This document shows positions 13,144 to 27,526 of a DNA stretch of 64,000 bases, in pieces. The notes under the pieces are model-generated. The model was given only the letters and a program-made list of their open reading frames with translations, did not search any database and had not been told where the DNA came from. Position numbers and translations under genes: made by a program. The stretch is from Takakia lepidozioides. Its lineage: Eukaryota; Plantae; Bryophyta. The stretch spans positions 73,036,001-73,100,000 of the forward strand of contig CM060732.1 in the NCBI GenBank assembly GCA_030704615.1. Reading direction: 5' to 3'. Position 1 is the stretch's first letter; each line of letters begins with the position of its first letter.

Positions 13144-16100
13144 ATGGCACGCAAGACAAGAAAGAAGTTGGTGAGGAAAAGGCTCGCGGATCCAAATAAT
13201 GATTCAGATGAGAATGGGGAGGAGCTTCCTAGACGATATAAGCCTCTTCCCTGTCCTGAGAGATCCACTGGTCAGCAAGGACCTGTTCGCGTGTATGCTG
13301 ATGGCATCTATGATCTTTTCCATTTTGGCCATGCTCGCTCCCTTGAGCAAGCAAAGAAGCTGTGAGCACCTGCTCTTTTATGCGATCCGCAATTTTTTTC
13401 TGGGTTTGGGCCCTCCCTCTGGTAACTCAAATTCCGTTCTTTCCTCTCATATGGATGTTCAAGTCGTGCGAAGCGTGTAGGGTCATTGGTCTGACCTGTG
13501 TAACAATTTCCAAAGCTTCGAAATTGCAATTCCCCTTAATTGTATGAATCCCGACGTCCTCATTCCCTGCTTGCTTCTCCGACAGGGATCGTAGTGCTCT
13601 TGTCAATTTCGTGCCACTAGCTCTGTGCCTAAGAAATCTTAATTATACGTGGTTTCCAAGTGACCTAGTGTATTCACATGTGAGACTGGTTTCTGGGGGA
13701 AGACCAAGACTTCCTACTTCCTTTCTTTCTATAGCCTCGTTCTTTCCCCTGACAGCAATAATCACGTCCTCTGTTAGCTCCTTCATCTTGTCCTTTACAA
13801 TATCTTATGCTAGGTTATGATGCTGTCTTTTGTTTTGATCTTACCATATGGTCTGAGGGGAATGCCATACTTGCAATCTTCTCAGGTCAATATTGTATTG
13901 CATTTTCGCCTTGTTGCAGCTGCCTGTATTTTGGGGTGACTGGATAATTCAAGGTTCATAGCAGAGCTAGTACTTTCAACTACTTTTCTGAGAACCATGG
14001 CTATTGCAGAAGGAGTTTCACTTCTTGCTTGACGAGCATTGCGTCTGTAGGTTTCCCAACACATATCTTTTGGTGGGATGCTGCAACGATGCACTCACAC
14101 GCAAGTACAAGGGAAAGACTGTTATGAACGAGGCTGAACGCTATGAGTCACTTCAGCATTGCAAGTCAGTTCCTTTTTCTGCCTTACTTCAAGAGAAGTG
14201 AGCTGGATGTCTCCGAAGTGACATTTGTCCTGGTCAAGGAGTCCTATATGACTCTTTGTAGGCTTGAAGTGATTCAGAATTTTGATAAAGTCTCACTTTT
14301 AGTCTCCATTGGTGACGAAGGCGAGATGAATTCTCAAGCAGTTGTTGGTGCAAAGAAGTTTGGACAATCGGCAAAGGAACTTGGCTTAAATGAAACTGAT
14401 ATGTATCCTTTGTTTTAGGGTTGTAGGATTGATTGACAGCTGGATTGGCACTGAATCATTTTCAAATACTATGTCTGCTGTGTTTACAGCACCTGATAGG
14501 TATATCCTCCACACGCATGTAAATGGAAGAATGAGAATACTCATCAGGCGAATTAATGCAATCTAGGGTTTCGAGGCTGGTCTAGGGGCCTTAAAGAATC
14601 TTAAAATTGAATACACATGGCAGGTGGGTGGATGAGGTGGTGGAGGATGCACCATGGGTGATCAATGAGGATTTTCTTGATAGGCATCACATTGACTTCG
14701 TGGCACATGATGCCCTCCCGTATGTAGCTTTCATCCTCCATCCCTGGTTTCCCTTAGTACCTGAGGTCAAGTTTCTAGTACTGTCTGGCTTTCACCAACC
14801 TTTTAGTCAATTTCTAGGTTGATTGGTACAAGATGTGCTGTTTGCAAAGTTGTTGTGACAGTATTCAGCTGTGTGGCTTCTTGGTAATGGGAAAATTTGC
14901 AGTGTATGGCTGTTTGTAAGCCTTTGAAGCCAAAAGGTCTTAACTTCATGACTGCCTGCAGATGGGGTCATCCCGTGGCACAAATCTTCTTTGGAATGCA
15001 GATGATTGTCTGGTCTTTGTGTCAGTGGGATGTAATTTCATGCTCACCCCTGCAAGTGCCTCTAGAAATTGCATCAAGCTGTTCCAAGTGTCAGCAGGCT
15101 TCCAACAAGACTGTGGTTTGCTGCTCTACGTCACGAAGGGTGGGTAGAATGTGGTAGATGCATCATCGCTGTGGCGAGCATGAGCATGACCATTTGCTTC
15201 TAGGCGGGTGTTGTTGGCAGATATGCTGACACAAGTGGGGCTGGCAAGGACGTTTATGAATTAGTGAGTCCACAAAACTGTACTTTGGCTGTGTGGTTGT
15301 GTGCATCCGTTTCAAATTATGGGAGATCAGTCCTTTGATTTATTTATCTCACGCTTGTCCCCATGATTTATGCATATCAGAGAAAATCTTGCTGATCTAT
15401 GTTCCACCTCGGATGAACGAAGGAGTCTTAATTACTAGGTGGCAATACCAGTTGCTGACTGGGGATTCCTGCCTTTGATTTATTTATCTCACGCTTGCCC
15501 CGATGATTTATGCATATCAGAGAAAATCTTGCTGATCTATGTTCCACCTTGGATGAATGAAGGAGTCTTAATTACTAGGTGGCAATATCAGTTGCTGACT
15601 GGGGATTTCTGCCTTCAACAGGTGAAAGCTGCAGGGAGGTTCAAAGAGACAAAGCGAACAGGTGGGATATCAACCTCAGATTTAATTATGCGAATAGTGA
15701 AGGACTACAATGAGTATGTTATGCGCAATCTAGCGCGTGGCTATACTCGTAAGGAGCTTGGTGTCAGTTATGTCAAGGTCAGTGCCTCCCTCTCCCTTCA
15801 CGTCTTTTTCTATGATTTCTCGGTTTTAGTCAGGCAAGTGATTCATTTTTTTCCACAAATCTCAAAGATTATCTGCTCTATCCATCAATTGCAGGAGAAG
15901 CAGCTGAGGGTAAACATGAGCATCAGCAAGCTCCGACAGAAAGTGAAGGAGCAGCAGGAGCGTGTTGGCCGGAAGGTATGAGAATGATAATTTCATCAAT
16001 CACCACCCGTTGAAAGTGGCCTCCGTGTTGTTAGGGTTTGTGCCATGTGACTCACATTTTGAATGTGGGTGTTTGGCATATTGATAGTCGTTGAGGGGTT

Positions 16101-17251
16101 ACATCTTCAATGATTAGAAATGGACGTAGCTGAACTGGCATCACTGATGTTACATATCTGTGTTTGTTTTGTGCCTTCAGCTTAACACTGTGGCAAGGAG
16201 AGCAGGGCTTCATCACAGTGAGTGGGTGGAGAATGCTGACCGTTGGGTCAGTGGCTTCCTAGAGAAGTTTGAGGAAGGTTTCCATTCCATGGTAAGTTTT
16301 TAGTTACCATCCTCTTTTCTATATTCAACCACTTTGAAAACTCACACTAACAGACATGCTAGGGGGCATGTTTTCAGCTGCTCCAGTTGTTTGCTGAAAG
16401 AGTGCAAGTCCCTGACTCGGCTACTTCTAACCACCGACAGCAATTGAGATCCGGATGGAGGTAAGGAATTGAACTGAAGCTGTGCAACTCAAGTCTATCT
16501 CCAACTGATGAGCTTAACATTTAATTGAACAATAAGTAGGCTTTCTATGATGTTCCACACAGTTCCTGTTTCTATCGTGGAACCTCAGCACTCTGTGCCT
16601 GAAGGGTGGGGGTACACCATTCGTTTTTATTTGACTGGTATGTTCCATTGAGTGTTTGGCTTCTGGTGGTGCTCCTAATTTTTCAACCAATTCGCGGTTT
16701 GTGACCCACCCTTTCTGATCACAAAGAGACTGGCCAATTGTCTCTACCTTACATAATCAAGCTTCTTGTGGAATTACACCCAGGAGTCATGTTTTAGCTT
16801 CTACTTAAATAGAGTCAGCGGTTACTGGATCCAAAATCACATTTTTCCCACCTAATGTACCAAAAATGAATAACCAAAGTATTGATTTCACATGTGAGGT
16901 CTAAATGTAGCCCTCTTTTAGTTTGTCTCTTGAAGTAACAAGAATTCTACTGTCTCAGAGTGTTGAGAAGGTGGGGTGTGATATGTTTCAATGTAGAGCT
17001 GGCATGAGATATGGCCATGTTCACACTTGCAAACTGGGCAACTGCAGAAAGCAATTGAAACGAAAATCCAGAAGGGACTAATGGGGCCGCAGCTCAAGAA
17101 GAGATCCAACAAACGCTTGCAGAGCAGGGAATCAAGGTTTGTGGGCAAGGCAATAGAGGGCAGCTCCCGTAGGACTGGTATAGACAGTGGAGCCCACAGC
17201 ATGAATGTGATTCTATTCACAAGTGATTGCAGAGCTTCATCATCTGAATAA
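13144..17251 (+). CDS. CCT: CTP:phosphocholine cytidylyltransferase (choline-phosphate cytidylyltransferase), 8 exons
   Basis: Exons 13144-13361, 14051-14164, 14624-14719, 15221-15263, 15622-15777, 15895-15975, 16181-16291, 17048-17251 (last acceptor less certain). Motifs: [15 protein letters not shown] (HxGH), [50 protein letters not shown]. Confidence 0.94.
15332..15615. repeat. 140-bp tandem duplication in CCT intron 4
   Basis: cctttgatttatttatctcacgcttg...gttgctgactggggatt(c/t)ctg occurs at 15332 and again at 15472 with only a few substitutions. Confidence 0.95.
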
Positions 17252-19562
17252 AGAAATGTTGCTATTACCATCTTGAAATAGTGGAGTTCCTTGCACTGTT
17301 CAAGGGAGTCACGCATTGTATTATTCAGGCTTTTCCTTGCTGAGTCTCCTAGCCTAAGTTTCCACCTCCAGTAAAAGTACAGTTTCTTGTATTCATTTCC
17401 GTTTACTGTGCAGTACAAAGCAGGGATGGAGAGTAGGGGCGCGCCATGTCACCTTTTTGCCCAGAAAGAAGGGCTCGGCCATTCTCTTTGTTTGACTGTG
17501 TTGCCTGCCATTTCTGAATGAATGGTTGAAGTTTTTCCAAGATGGGCGCAATGGATTAAAAGTGAAAGAAAGGTAGAGTGGTGTACATGACCACTCTTTA
17601 GTTACTGGAATTGGAAGGGGATGGGGGAATGCTATAAGCTATAGACAGTGTTAACTTCAAATTTGCAGAGCCTTGTTTCGATGCACTGCCTTCATGGTTT
17701 GGATTATGTCATTTCCCCTTCTTTCAAACCCCATGGAATTGGATTAACGATCCTCACAAGGTTGTGGCTCATGCTTTCTGCTATTTACCTCAGATTCAGC
17801 AGATTGCAGAGAGCAAGTGTATTTCAAGATCTTACATTGTGGTATACTGCATGTTACTTTTATGTTCTACTGCAAGGTGTGGTGAGACCGCTTGTGATTG
17901 TGCGCCCTCTGGCGATCTCTCCTTCTGGTGATCTCTCCTGGTCTTTCCCTACTTTTGCGTTTCCCCTCTGTCGCTCTTCCCCTCCTTCCTCCACCATGGC
18001 ATATGTTCCGGCTGCTACTACGGCCCCGGTTTACAGAGGAGACTCGAGACGACACTGTAGAGCCAGGAATTGGGCGCATGCTAGAAGGGCTCTTTCCTCG
18101 GGTCCGAGAGTCTTGGGGGTTGGTCCTAGTGAAACTTAGTACTTCCCAAAGGGATTCAAGGCCTATCAGCAGAAACAAAAGACCAATGAAATCAAACACA
18201 AACTCAATTCAATGCTCAACATTACATGTGGTAGAGTGCTTGTAGGCACATAAAGAAGAATTCCTGAATTGCACTGACAAGATGACCACACCACACTCAT
18301 GTGGCACATCTGCTTCAAGGTATACGGCTACATTAGCGGTGCTGGATTCAACACTGTTTTGTCTAGTTTGAAGGTTTGCACCATACAATGTGCAATATGT
18401 TACATTCCCGAGCCGAGGGTTGTCAGATAAGTTGGGATAAGTTGGGTAGCATCCGAGTCCGGCAATGAAAGCTTGAACATCAAGAGACTTGATGCCACTA
18501 ATCAAGAACTGCTTTGTAGCCAGAGACAGAAGTATGCACTAACTTAACCCCTGGTCAGGGAAAAGTCTTGGGAAAGTAACCAAGACAGGAGGCCATGAGG
18601 CATGAAAATCGCAAGCGACCAGCCTCTTAGGGCAAGCTCTACTTCTTCCCCAGGAAAAAAAAGAAAAACAAAAAGAGAAAAAGAAAACTTCTAAAATGTA
18701 AACTGATCGACAGAGGCAATATATGACAATCACATAATTAGTTGCGGGGATGAAAGCAGTTCCTCTGGTTTGCTTTGCATCCTGTGTGATGTGAGCTTTC
18801 CCAGGTTAGAGAATGAAACTGAAGCCCCATCATTTGTTCACTTTTCCAAGGAAGGGTTGCTCTCAACTTCACCCTTGCTTTCTCTTATATTGCAAGTCCA
18901 GACTCTCTGCTCTGAAGCATTTTGTGAAAGCGTTAACAAATGCAAGCAGACAAGTGATGATCTAATTTTGAAATGGCCACATTGGTGTCCCTAACCACAC
19001 TACAAGGTTAGTAAAGGGCCACTGTAACATCCATTGCGAAGTATAACCGATGGAGGTTTTCAGCACATTAAAGAGTGGTTACATCATCACCTGCCTCCAG
19101 GCAAGAGAGCCTGAGATTCGGCCTACCAATGTACAACAGGACAGGCAGAAAGGCTCCAATGGTCAACATTTACTCTAGAGAAGCTTAACAAACTTCATGC
19201 AGGAGACAGATAGAAAGAGAAACAGAGATGACAAGGTACAAACCTGTTAACTTTACTAAGAGTGCAGAACTGGCATTTGCTAGAAACTAATTGGGAGAGA
19301 TACAATCTTTAGCAAATATGTGGAAACATAGGTGCTCAGCTAAAATCAAGACAGATCACCAAGAGTGTTCCGTCTTGTCAAAACTCCCCACCTAGTTGGC
19401 CTGTGAAACAACATTCTCAACGTTGAGACACTCTACACCTACAGATCCAATTCTCTCTTACACTGAAAAATCGCCATGTGGCCAATTTTGGTTAATCGTG
19501 CTCAACTCAGAAATACCCATATGAAATTGCCATGTGGCTATGCTGGCATCACAACCCCACCT

Positions 19563-22500
19563 CTACCTGTAACTGGTGTATTGCTGGTTGGAGTAGCCTG
19601 CAGTACCCATCCCCATCCCCACTCCCATATTGGGAGCCATGCCAAATCCTTGGCCCATTCCCATCCCCATACCCATGCCTAGATTCATGCCCATCCCCAT
19701 TCCATGGTTCATACCCATCCTTGGAGCCATTCCCATACCTGGTGCCATGGCCATCCCAGGGCCCATGCTCATCCCCATTCCTGGTCCCATACCCATCCTG
19801 CCAACATTCATGAGTGTGGGCGGTGGGAGTGGAGGGGGCAGAATGCTTGCACCAGCCATGCCAACACCTGATCCTGAGCCCATCGCTGCCCCCATGGAGG
19901 ATGTACTAAGTGCCGATCTCTTCTCATCCTTCTTCTTACTGTCCCCACCACCCCAAAGTTCGTGGCGTAATGTCGCATCTGTAAGCTGGATGCCCAAATC
20001 TGCCAATGGGTTGACTTTCGCTGCCACATTGCAGTCCAACAACATGAGTCACTAACCTGGCTCTAACGCGAATTGTGGAGTTCCATCAAGTCGACATAAG
20101 GTCAACTAGCTCTTAGCCTTAGCAGCACTCTTATCTATTAAGGTCCTAGCAAGCAAAGTAGCTGACAACATAGCACTAATCTAACCAGTCTGGCACTAGA
20201 ATATCATTTCATGTACAAGATTAGGATGGGGTTAACCATGTGTTGCTTTACCAGCATGAGAATCACAAAATACCTTCCAGCAATATGCACCTACTAGTTG
20301 AACCCAGACAGCTGGAAGGGGTTGCCTTGTATGACTGGGAACAATTAGGCTTGGCTGTAATGGATGTGATATCAGAACACACCCCAAGGACACCGGTCCA
20401 TGTATTTGGAAACCACAACAGGCTACATTCCCAGGGAAGATTTGGTTACAGATTCTGTGTCTTTGTCTAGTTGTCTGTCTCTGTTCGGTCTTGGATCGCA
20501 AGATCAGACTTATCACCAACCAGTCAATTACCTCAATGTTGGATATCACATACTCCTTCAGGAGTGGGTATAGTGGATCTACTTATAGGGCTTGGAGAGA
20601 AGATTCCCCCCCAAGGTTAAAAAAAGTAGATTAAGAGATACTTACGTCCAGCAATATTGAGGTCGACCAGCCCAGAGCTGAGGGTGTCCGCCCACACGGG
20701 AGACTTTGGTGGTGCAAAGGTTCTCTGAGGTTGCTGTTGTGGGGCATAGGAAGCCCCACCATTGCTGCTGCTTGGTGGACCCTGTGAGGTAGCAGGCGCA
20801 GATTGATTACCACTGAAAGGTTGACTATTGCTGAATGGTTGATTACTGCTGAATACCTGATTGTTCATTGGTGGTGCAAAGGTTTTCTGTGGTTGTTGTT
20901 GTGGGAGATGGGAGGCCCCACCGTTGCTGCTGATTACTGGATCCTGTAAGGGTGGAAGATTACTGCTAAAAGGTTGACCATTGCTGAATGGTTGAGTACT
21001 GCTAAAAGCCTGATTGAACCCCATATATTGAGGTGGGGGCATGGAAGTGCCCTGAGAGAAATCCCCACCAGGACCCACTGCTGTATTACTTGGCGAGGGA
21101 TCAAATGAGTGGAACGAGGCTGTAGTGCCAAACACATTTACTCCACTCGAGCTTCCTGCTGCATTGCCATTGGAGCTTGCTGATCCATATTGTTGGAAAG
21201 CATCCCCCACCACACTGTGAGGAGGCACAGGCTGCTGATGGAAGTCATTTCCTTCGGGGAGGCCACTGAACATGTCTGGAGAAGATGAAGGCGCCACTTG
21301 AAATGGAGGTGTCCCAAACAGGTCCTCATTGCGCCCCTACAACAGATGAGAGAACCAGAAGTTAACTAAGATTCTAGGGAAGACTTTGAGGACCCCAGCT
21401 AGGTTTCTGAGAGCGAGAATGGATATGTGCCTTGTAACGCAACCTTTAAGAACAACCAAATCTACAAAAACTCTGTACCAAAATCACATAGGGTGAAGCC
21501 TCCAGACATTGCACCGCAACCCCTTGTTTCGAAAAAGTGTGCAGCTGGAGGAGGAGAGATGAATCTTGTTCAGCAAAACCACTGAACGTAGCCACATAGA
21601 GCTACAGACTTTAAAACACAAGAAATAAAATGAAATCAATGAATTCTATCGCATCCAATGGTACCTCATTGGTATGGCTGGATACTGGAGCGGATGGAAA
21701 ATAAGTAGCTTGAAAGCTGACATCCCCAAACAAGTCCTCAATGCCACTTGTGCTCTTTGGGGGTCCAGGGGCTGCAAGGGTGGACACCACAGAAGGAGCT
21801 GCTGAAAGGGCAGTTGGCGCAAAAAAGTCGTCATTGGGTTGACTTGCAGCAGCTGTTACATCAATACCAGGACACTGATCACATTTTTACCTAACCAAAC
21901 AACTATATTCGTTAAATGAATTCATTGCCATCTCGAAGAACAAAATCTTGCCAGATCTGCTTGGAAGTCCACAGCTCTATGGTAAGGCAGCCATACCTAA
22001 CAATCCAAGGGCCACAACAAACCAGCTTATTCTAAATGACAACACCCATCCTAAGGTAATTAGCTCAATAAAGGTTTCAAGGTCAATAACATGGACATCC
22101 CTGGAAATTTCCAGGCTCGAATGGCCTGAAAGAGCTTCTGACTGCAAGGAATGATCCTAAAAAGGGAATACAATGTACTCTGGAAGTCATGGAACCTCAA
22201 TTTGGAGGGCCAATACTTACCAGTAGCACTGGAATTCGCTCGTGGATCAAACTCATCCAAGTTGTCAGTTGATTGGCTTGCAAAATATGTACCTCCCCCA
22301 CTAGATTTTCTGGGAGCAGTTTGAACTGTGCTCACACTACCCTGCGACTGGTTGCTCTGAGCTCTTGCCACCGCCGCGGCCACACCCCCACTACTCTTTT
22401 CCCTGCAAAATAACCCTCTGCAGTTACCTCACCACTGCCCACTCACTGTCGGTGACAATTTCTGTTGTACATTGAAACACCTGTCTAGTCCTACCTAGAG

Positions 22501-25408
22501 TTTTTCAAGGGTAGTACCACCAATAAAAATGCAGTACTGAACATCTCAGCACCAAATCTGTTCTCTTGAGCCAATCCAGGAGTTTCATGTCTTGAAACAC
22601 AGAAATTAAATATTCCCCTATTACCTGTCATCCTCCTGCTCATTGGTCATACGTGTCTCCTCATAGCTAGGGGGAGAAGCTCTTGCTCTGCCTTGCCTGC
22701 AACCATTCATGGGATGCTAATTAGTCTATGCAACCTCAGAAAATAAGATATTTATTGAGCACTAGGCACATCCCGAGTAATATATACAAAGAGCAGCCAC
22801 CAGTTATCGGAGTCTGCAATATAATCATAAAAGCACCTGGAGGAATAATGGTCATCATCTCGTTCCCGATCACTCGAAGCACCACCCTCATTCTTATCGC
22901 TGTTGCGGTCTCCGCCCCTTGAGCTGTAGCCATCATCGTAGCGATCACGATCACCACTATATCCATCATCTTTATATCGTTCCCGATCCCTTCCAGAGCG
23001 GTCCTCATAACGATCACGATCACTATATCCATCATCTCTGTACCGCTCCCTATCCCTCCCAGAGCGATCCTCATCCCTGTGCCGATCACCATCTCTACTG
23101 CCCCCACCATAACTGTCAAAATCATCTCTTCCTCCTCCACGGCCAGAGCCTCCACCATACCGATCATCCTCCCTGTCACTGTATCCTCCACCAGTACTTG
23201 AATAGGAACTAGGTCTGAAACCCACACCAGTGCTAGAGACACCCCGGTACCTGTAGGCACATACATTATTATTCACTATAAGACTGCAATGGTACAACAA
23301 CTTGAGCCCACATACTTTTGAATCAATCCGACAAAGCAGTTTCTCACCGTCTCCAGCCAAGGACAGGGTTAATCTACCATAAGGATCCGTGTTGGTCAAT
23401 GGTTGCTAAAGCTGGCTTCCACAACATAACTCGCTGACAATACAGCAAACCCATTATACTCAATTATAGGGGTAAGAAGTGGGGCCAGGAAGACCCATGT
23501 ATTGGAGGGTGAATGCTTGCACAGTTGTGAGTACGAATGTGCTTCTGCATCATCCAGGACTAGAAAGGGTAACAAGGCTGAATGGGGTAAGGAGGGATCC
23601 ATCTTGCATGGTTGGTTAATGCTGCACAGTCGTCAGTAAGAATGTCATTCTGCATCGTCCAACAACTGAAGGGCATCAGAGTGTCTGCGGGTCAACCCAG
23701 CGACCACAAGGTACAACCAACACTTGGTTCAGGTACTGATAAAGTTGATTACAATATATTTGTGGAGTTTCTTACTTTTCTCTGTTGGCAGCTGCCTTCT
23801 GCCTGACTTCACGAATTTTCTCCATGTCATTGATTAATGTTACAAGATTCTGGGCCTTCTTTCGTATGTTAATCCCCTGATCCTTGCCACTTGACTCGTG
23901 ATATTGGAAGTCCACCAAAGTCTGAATCAAAAGTTTGAGTCATTAGCTTTTGTGAAGGGCAGACAATGATAGTGCATTCAAGAAGATTATCCAATATCAT
24001 GCCAGTTTCAGTTACTCCCACCCCCAGCAAAAGTATCCCCATAACTTATAGCTCACCTGCAGCTGATATGAATGCTCACGAAGTTCGTCGATGATCCTTT
24101 CAGCACCATTGGCGACCAAAAACTCCAATACTGTAAGTGACTGGCACCCATAAAATCCACTGTCAGCTTTCTGAATTGCGAAGCCCACTCCAAAAAGTTT
24201 GTTGTAGGTGATTTGTGAATGCTCTCCTTGCAACATTCAGCATATATTTTCACACCTGATACATTGTGGGGAAGTGTACAGACTTCAAATCAGGAAAGCT
24301 ATTTCACAAACCTTGTAAACATGGCGCCAATTTCTCCCAGTATCATTCAGTCGCTTCCACAGAACGACCATTATCATCTGATAGTCCTGGCTGTTTTGAC
24401 ACACCCCAGCCACAGTCCCTCATTGAGATAAAGTCTCGAGCTACTGCTTTTACTCCCAGAACCCACAGGAAACAAGCGAGCTACAGCAAACAATCGAAAT
24501 TTCAGTGATCCCCACATGCTTGGGTGTAGAAACTCACAAGTTTCTAGTAGCATGTGCAATGTCTGCCATGATTGTGCCATGGGGTCCCCAGGGCTCGTTA
24601 CTAGTTGCCTCAAGGACCTGCCCACAAATGGCAAGTAATCAAAATTCCATGCATGAGACATTTCTTGAAGCTCCCAAATCCACCTTGCCTCTCCTCCCAA
24701 CCCGTCCCTAGAACTTTTCCCCACAGAAACAGAGTGGCTGTCCCCTCATCCTCGGCATCAATTCACACGTGCCCATACATTAGGAAGTCTCTCTCTTCCT
24801 TGATCCCAAGTTCTTCCATGATCTAACGGTAATCATCTTGCTTGACTAGACAGGCTCAGGAACTAATTTGCTCAACGACAGAAGCTACTACTGCCTTCTC
24901 CTGGCCGTATGACAAAGTGACATTCATATCACACCTAATTCCTATTGGTTATTCCAAAACTTAGATGTCATGACGCTGAAGGTACATAGGGGAAGGGTGA
25001 AAGTGGAGTACTTTTAGTTCAAGCTCAGGCACCTTAAGCACCTTCTTGTTCACTTCCCTTTTCCTGCAACACCACACAGATCAGGACAAAGGCCTAAAGG
25101 AAGATATCTGCAATCACAAGGATGATGATGCTTTACGATGCTCTCCACGCACAGTGATCTACTATGACCACATTCAGATGGAGCACTTCACGACCGCTTA
25201 CAAGAAATCGATCGCATCCCAATTACTCTCGAATCCTATAAACTAAAACGAATCAAGGTAGCCAATACTTGCAGAAGGGTGAAGGCAGAGGAGGGGGCAG
25301 TGATGTCTAGCACCGTCAGAATGGACCAGATTCAAAGGAAAAAGAGACGCAGAACTGTGCATCTTACAGCTCTCTAACAGTCTGATCGAGCACTTTTTTC
25401 AGATCCAT
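19563..25408 (-). CDS. ENTH-domain clathrin interactor (epsin-related, EPSIN2/3-like), 12 exons
   Basis: Exons (minus) 25408-25368, 25073-25012, 24617-24538, 24390-24312, 24140-24057, 23921-23776, 23250-22837, 22696-22625, 22402-22221, 21852-21665, 21336-20646, 20020-19563. The ENTH domain reads [27 protein letters not shown]...[10 protein letters not shown]...[16 protein letters not shown]...[11 protein letters not shown]. It is followed by an RD-rich block, [20 protein letters not shown] and a Met/Gly-rich tail. Confidence 0.93.
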
Positions 25409-26014
25409 AGCTAGCGATCAGCTTTCAGAATCCCAAATTTGAGCACACGCGCGCACAGCGCCTGCCTTCTCCAAAGATTGACAAAGTCCTCAACTTTTAC
25501 ATCTCATTATTTCAGCAGCTTCTCTCCCTCCACATGCCAAAGTCCCTCCAGAGCTGATTCAAGCTCACAGAATGTCCAACCAAGCGCAGGAAACAGGGGA
25601 TCCTTCCAATTCCACCCGAGTCACAGGATGATCGACTCGGTGACAGCGAGTGCTGTGTGTGAATCGTGTGAATCGAGGATCGGGACAATGCGGGATCATC
25701 TGTACAGACCGCGCGTAATGACCCAGCCTCCCCGTGAGACTCATTCACGAGCGAGCGCAATCGCAGAAAGAACGAACGAACGACAACCTCGTCCAGCGGG
25801 CAGCCTAACAAACGTTCGTTCCTGCCCCAATGACTCGCGCCTTCCAGAAGGCCCGGAACGAACCGACGACCAGGCCTGCCTCCTCTGGAGTCAAAACATC
25901 CATCCAGTCGTCGCGCTTGTTTCATTCGTCGCAGTTCCCCTACTATTCTTCATCCTTTCCAAAAAAGCGCCGGATGATTTGGCACGCGGTGATTGATTGG
26001 GCACAGGCTGGTGG

Positions 26015-26145
26015 GACGGAGTGACCCTAATCAGCGGGAGCCGGCGATACCAGCATGGCAGCCGGCCCATTATTGCCGCGTCAGCCCGGTTTTCCGGCGA
26101 AACTGGCACCGGCATTTCCCATCGCGCCGCGCGGGCCCATCATTT
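26015..26145. promoter_or_regulatory. GC-rich upstream region of the epsin gene with site II-like (GGCCCA) and telo-box-like (ACCCTAAT) motifs
   Basis: ACCCTAAT near 26024 and GGCCCAT near 26064 and 26134, about 0.6-0.7 kb upstream of the epsin ATG. This motif pairing is known from plant housekeeping promoters. Confidence 0.35.
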
Positions 26146-27064
26146 CCGTTTTACAAGATACAATTGTATGTTTAAAAGGAATTTAGTTTATATTTAGTTA
26201 AATGTCCTTAAAAAACAGTTGAGAATGCTCGAAGTCGGTGTAAGTAGGTAGTACTGTCGGAGGAACGCGGTACTTGGGACCCACTGTGCAATGTGGTGGT
26301 CGGGTTTGAGCCTTGAACCACCTATCTGAATTATTGAATCTAAATAAAAAAGATACAATTATTTTCTACTTTTGCCAAGTGTTCCTTCCATTATCGGACA
26401 CCTGGCGACACGAGTCGTCGGCGAGAGGTGGATGATTACGCCAGCGAAAAATCGTTGACGGCGATTATATGTCACCCTCCGGTCCTACGTTCGTTCTCGA
26501 AAGTTCTGTAGGATGAAGATCTGCCAACGGACAGATCGGTGGAAGACATCATCCGCAAGCTGTCATCCGCCTAGAAGCTAGCTTGTACAGTTGGCATGGA
26601 TCCGGCCGCTTGCCAGCTGCCTCCTGCGATCCATCTCGTTTTCTCCCGGATGAGTAACCTGCCCTAACCCTCTCTCTGTCTCTGTGGCCGGGCAGCAAGG
26701 AGCTGCAGCATCCATGGCGCATCGCAGGTGCGTCTATGGCCCCCACTCCACGGAACGAATTTCTAAGTTGTCGTCACAGGAGCAGGAGTACAGTGTAATA
26801 CAGGATTCGTGGAATGGTTGCTGTCATTATTTGTCTGTACTCTGTACCCAATGTGTACATAGTAAGAAATGCAGGCATGCAACAGCGGCGACTGACGAGA
26901 CTGCAAGACTGGAAGAAGAGAGCAGAGAAGATGAGGAATCTGGCGGAGATTCGGGCTGCCATGGCATCGGAGCGCCAAGCATGCGGTGAGCTGTAGTATT
27001 AACTTACTACCAGACGGGGTTCTGAGCTAACTTAGTGCTTTAAATTCACTCATCATGAGGAGAC

Positions 27065-27424
27065 ATTCACAGCCTTATTGTAAGTGGCTACTGAGGTCCT
27101 GGAATAACCCTAATCTATAGCTATAGTCTATTCTCACCAGATTCACAGCCGCTACTGAGGTCCTACAAGCTGTAACCCTAATCTATAGTTCTAGTCTATT
27201 ATCCCGAGATTCACAGCCTTATTTGTGAGTGGCTACAGAGGTCCTAAGCTCTAATCCTAATCTATAGCTCTCACGAGATTCACAGCCTCTTATTGTGAGT
27301 GGCTACTGATGTCCTGGAAGCCGTACCCCTAATCTATAGATCTAATATATTCTAACGAGATTCGCAGCCCTCCTCTAAGTGCTACTCAGGTCCTAGAAGC
27401 TGTAACCCTAATCTATAGCTCTAG
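27065..27424. repeat. Minisatellite: 5 degenerate 68-82 bp units containing a telo-box-like AACCCTAAT
   Basis: Units start at about 27065, 27141, 27209, 27278 and 27360 with consensus ATTCACAGCC...GCTACTGAGGTCCT...AACCCTAATCTATAG. Confidence 0.9.
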
Positions 27425-27495
27425 GTTATGGTCGCCAGCTTTACAGGCGCTCCATAAAATCCCAGAAATTTTGTCCCTTAGAACGTGGTCATGGT

Positions 27496-27526
27496 TTTAG
27501 ACGTTTAGACGTTTAGACGTTTAGAC
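27496..27526. repeat. (TTTAGACG)x4 short tandem repeat
   Basis: tttagacgtttagacgtttagacgtttagac read directly. Confidence 0.9.

Noticed and set aside
17860-18140. GC-rich patch with a good-context ATG downstream of CCT
   Set aside because: The ORF is short with no homology cues and no definable element ends.
26684-26996. Small ORFs divergent from epsin
   Set aside because: No recognisable motif or splice support, so they cannot be called from sequence alone.
27065-27424. CRISPR-like appearance of repeated units
   Set aside because: Whole units are homologous with no unique spacers, no cas genes are present, and the context is eukaryotic.
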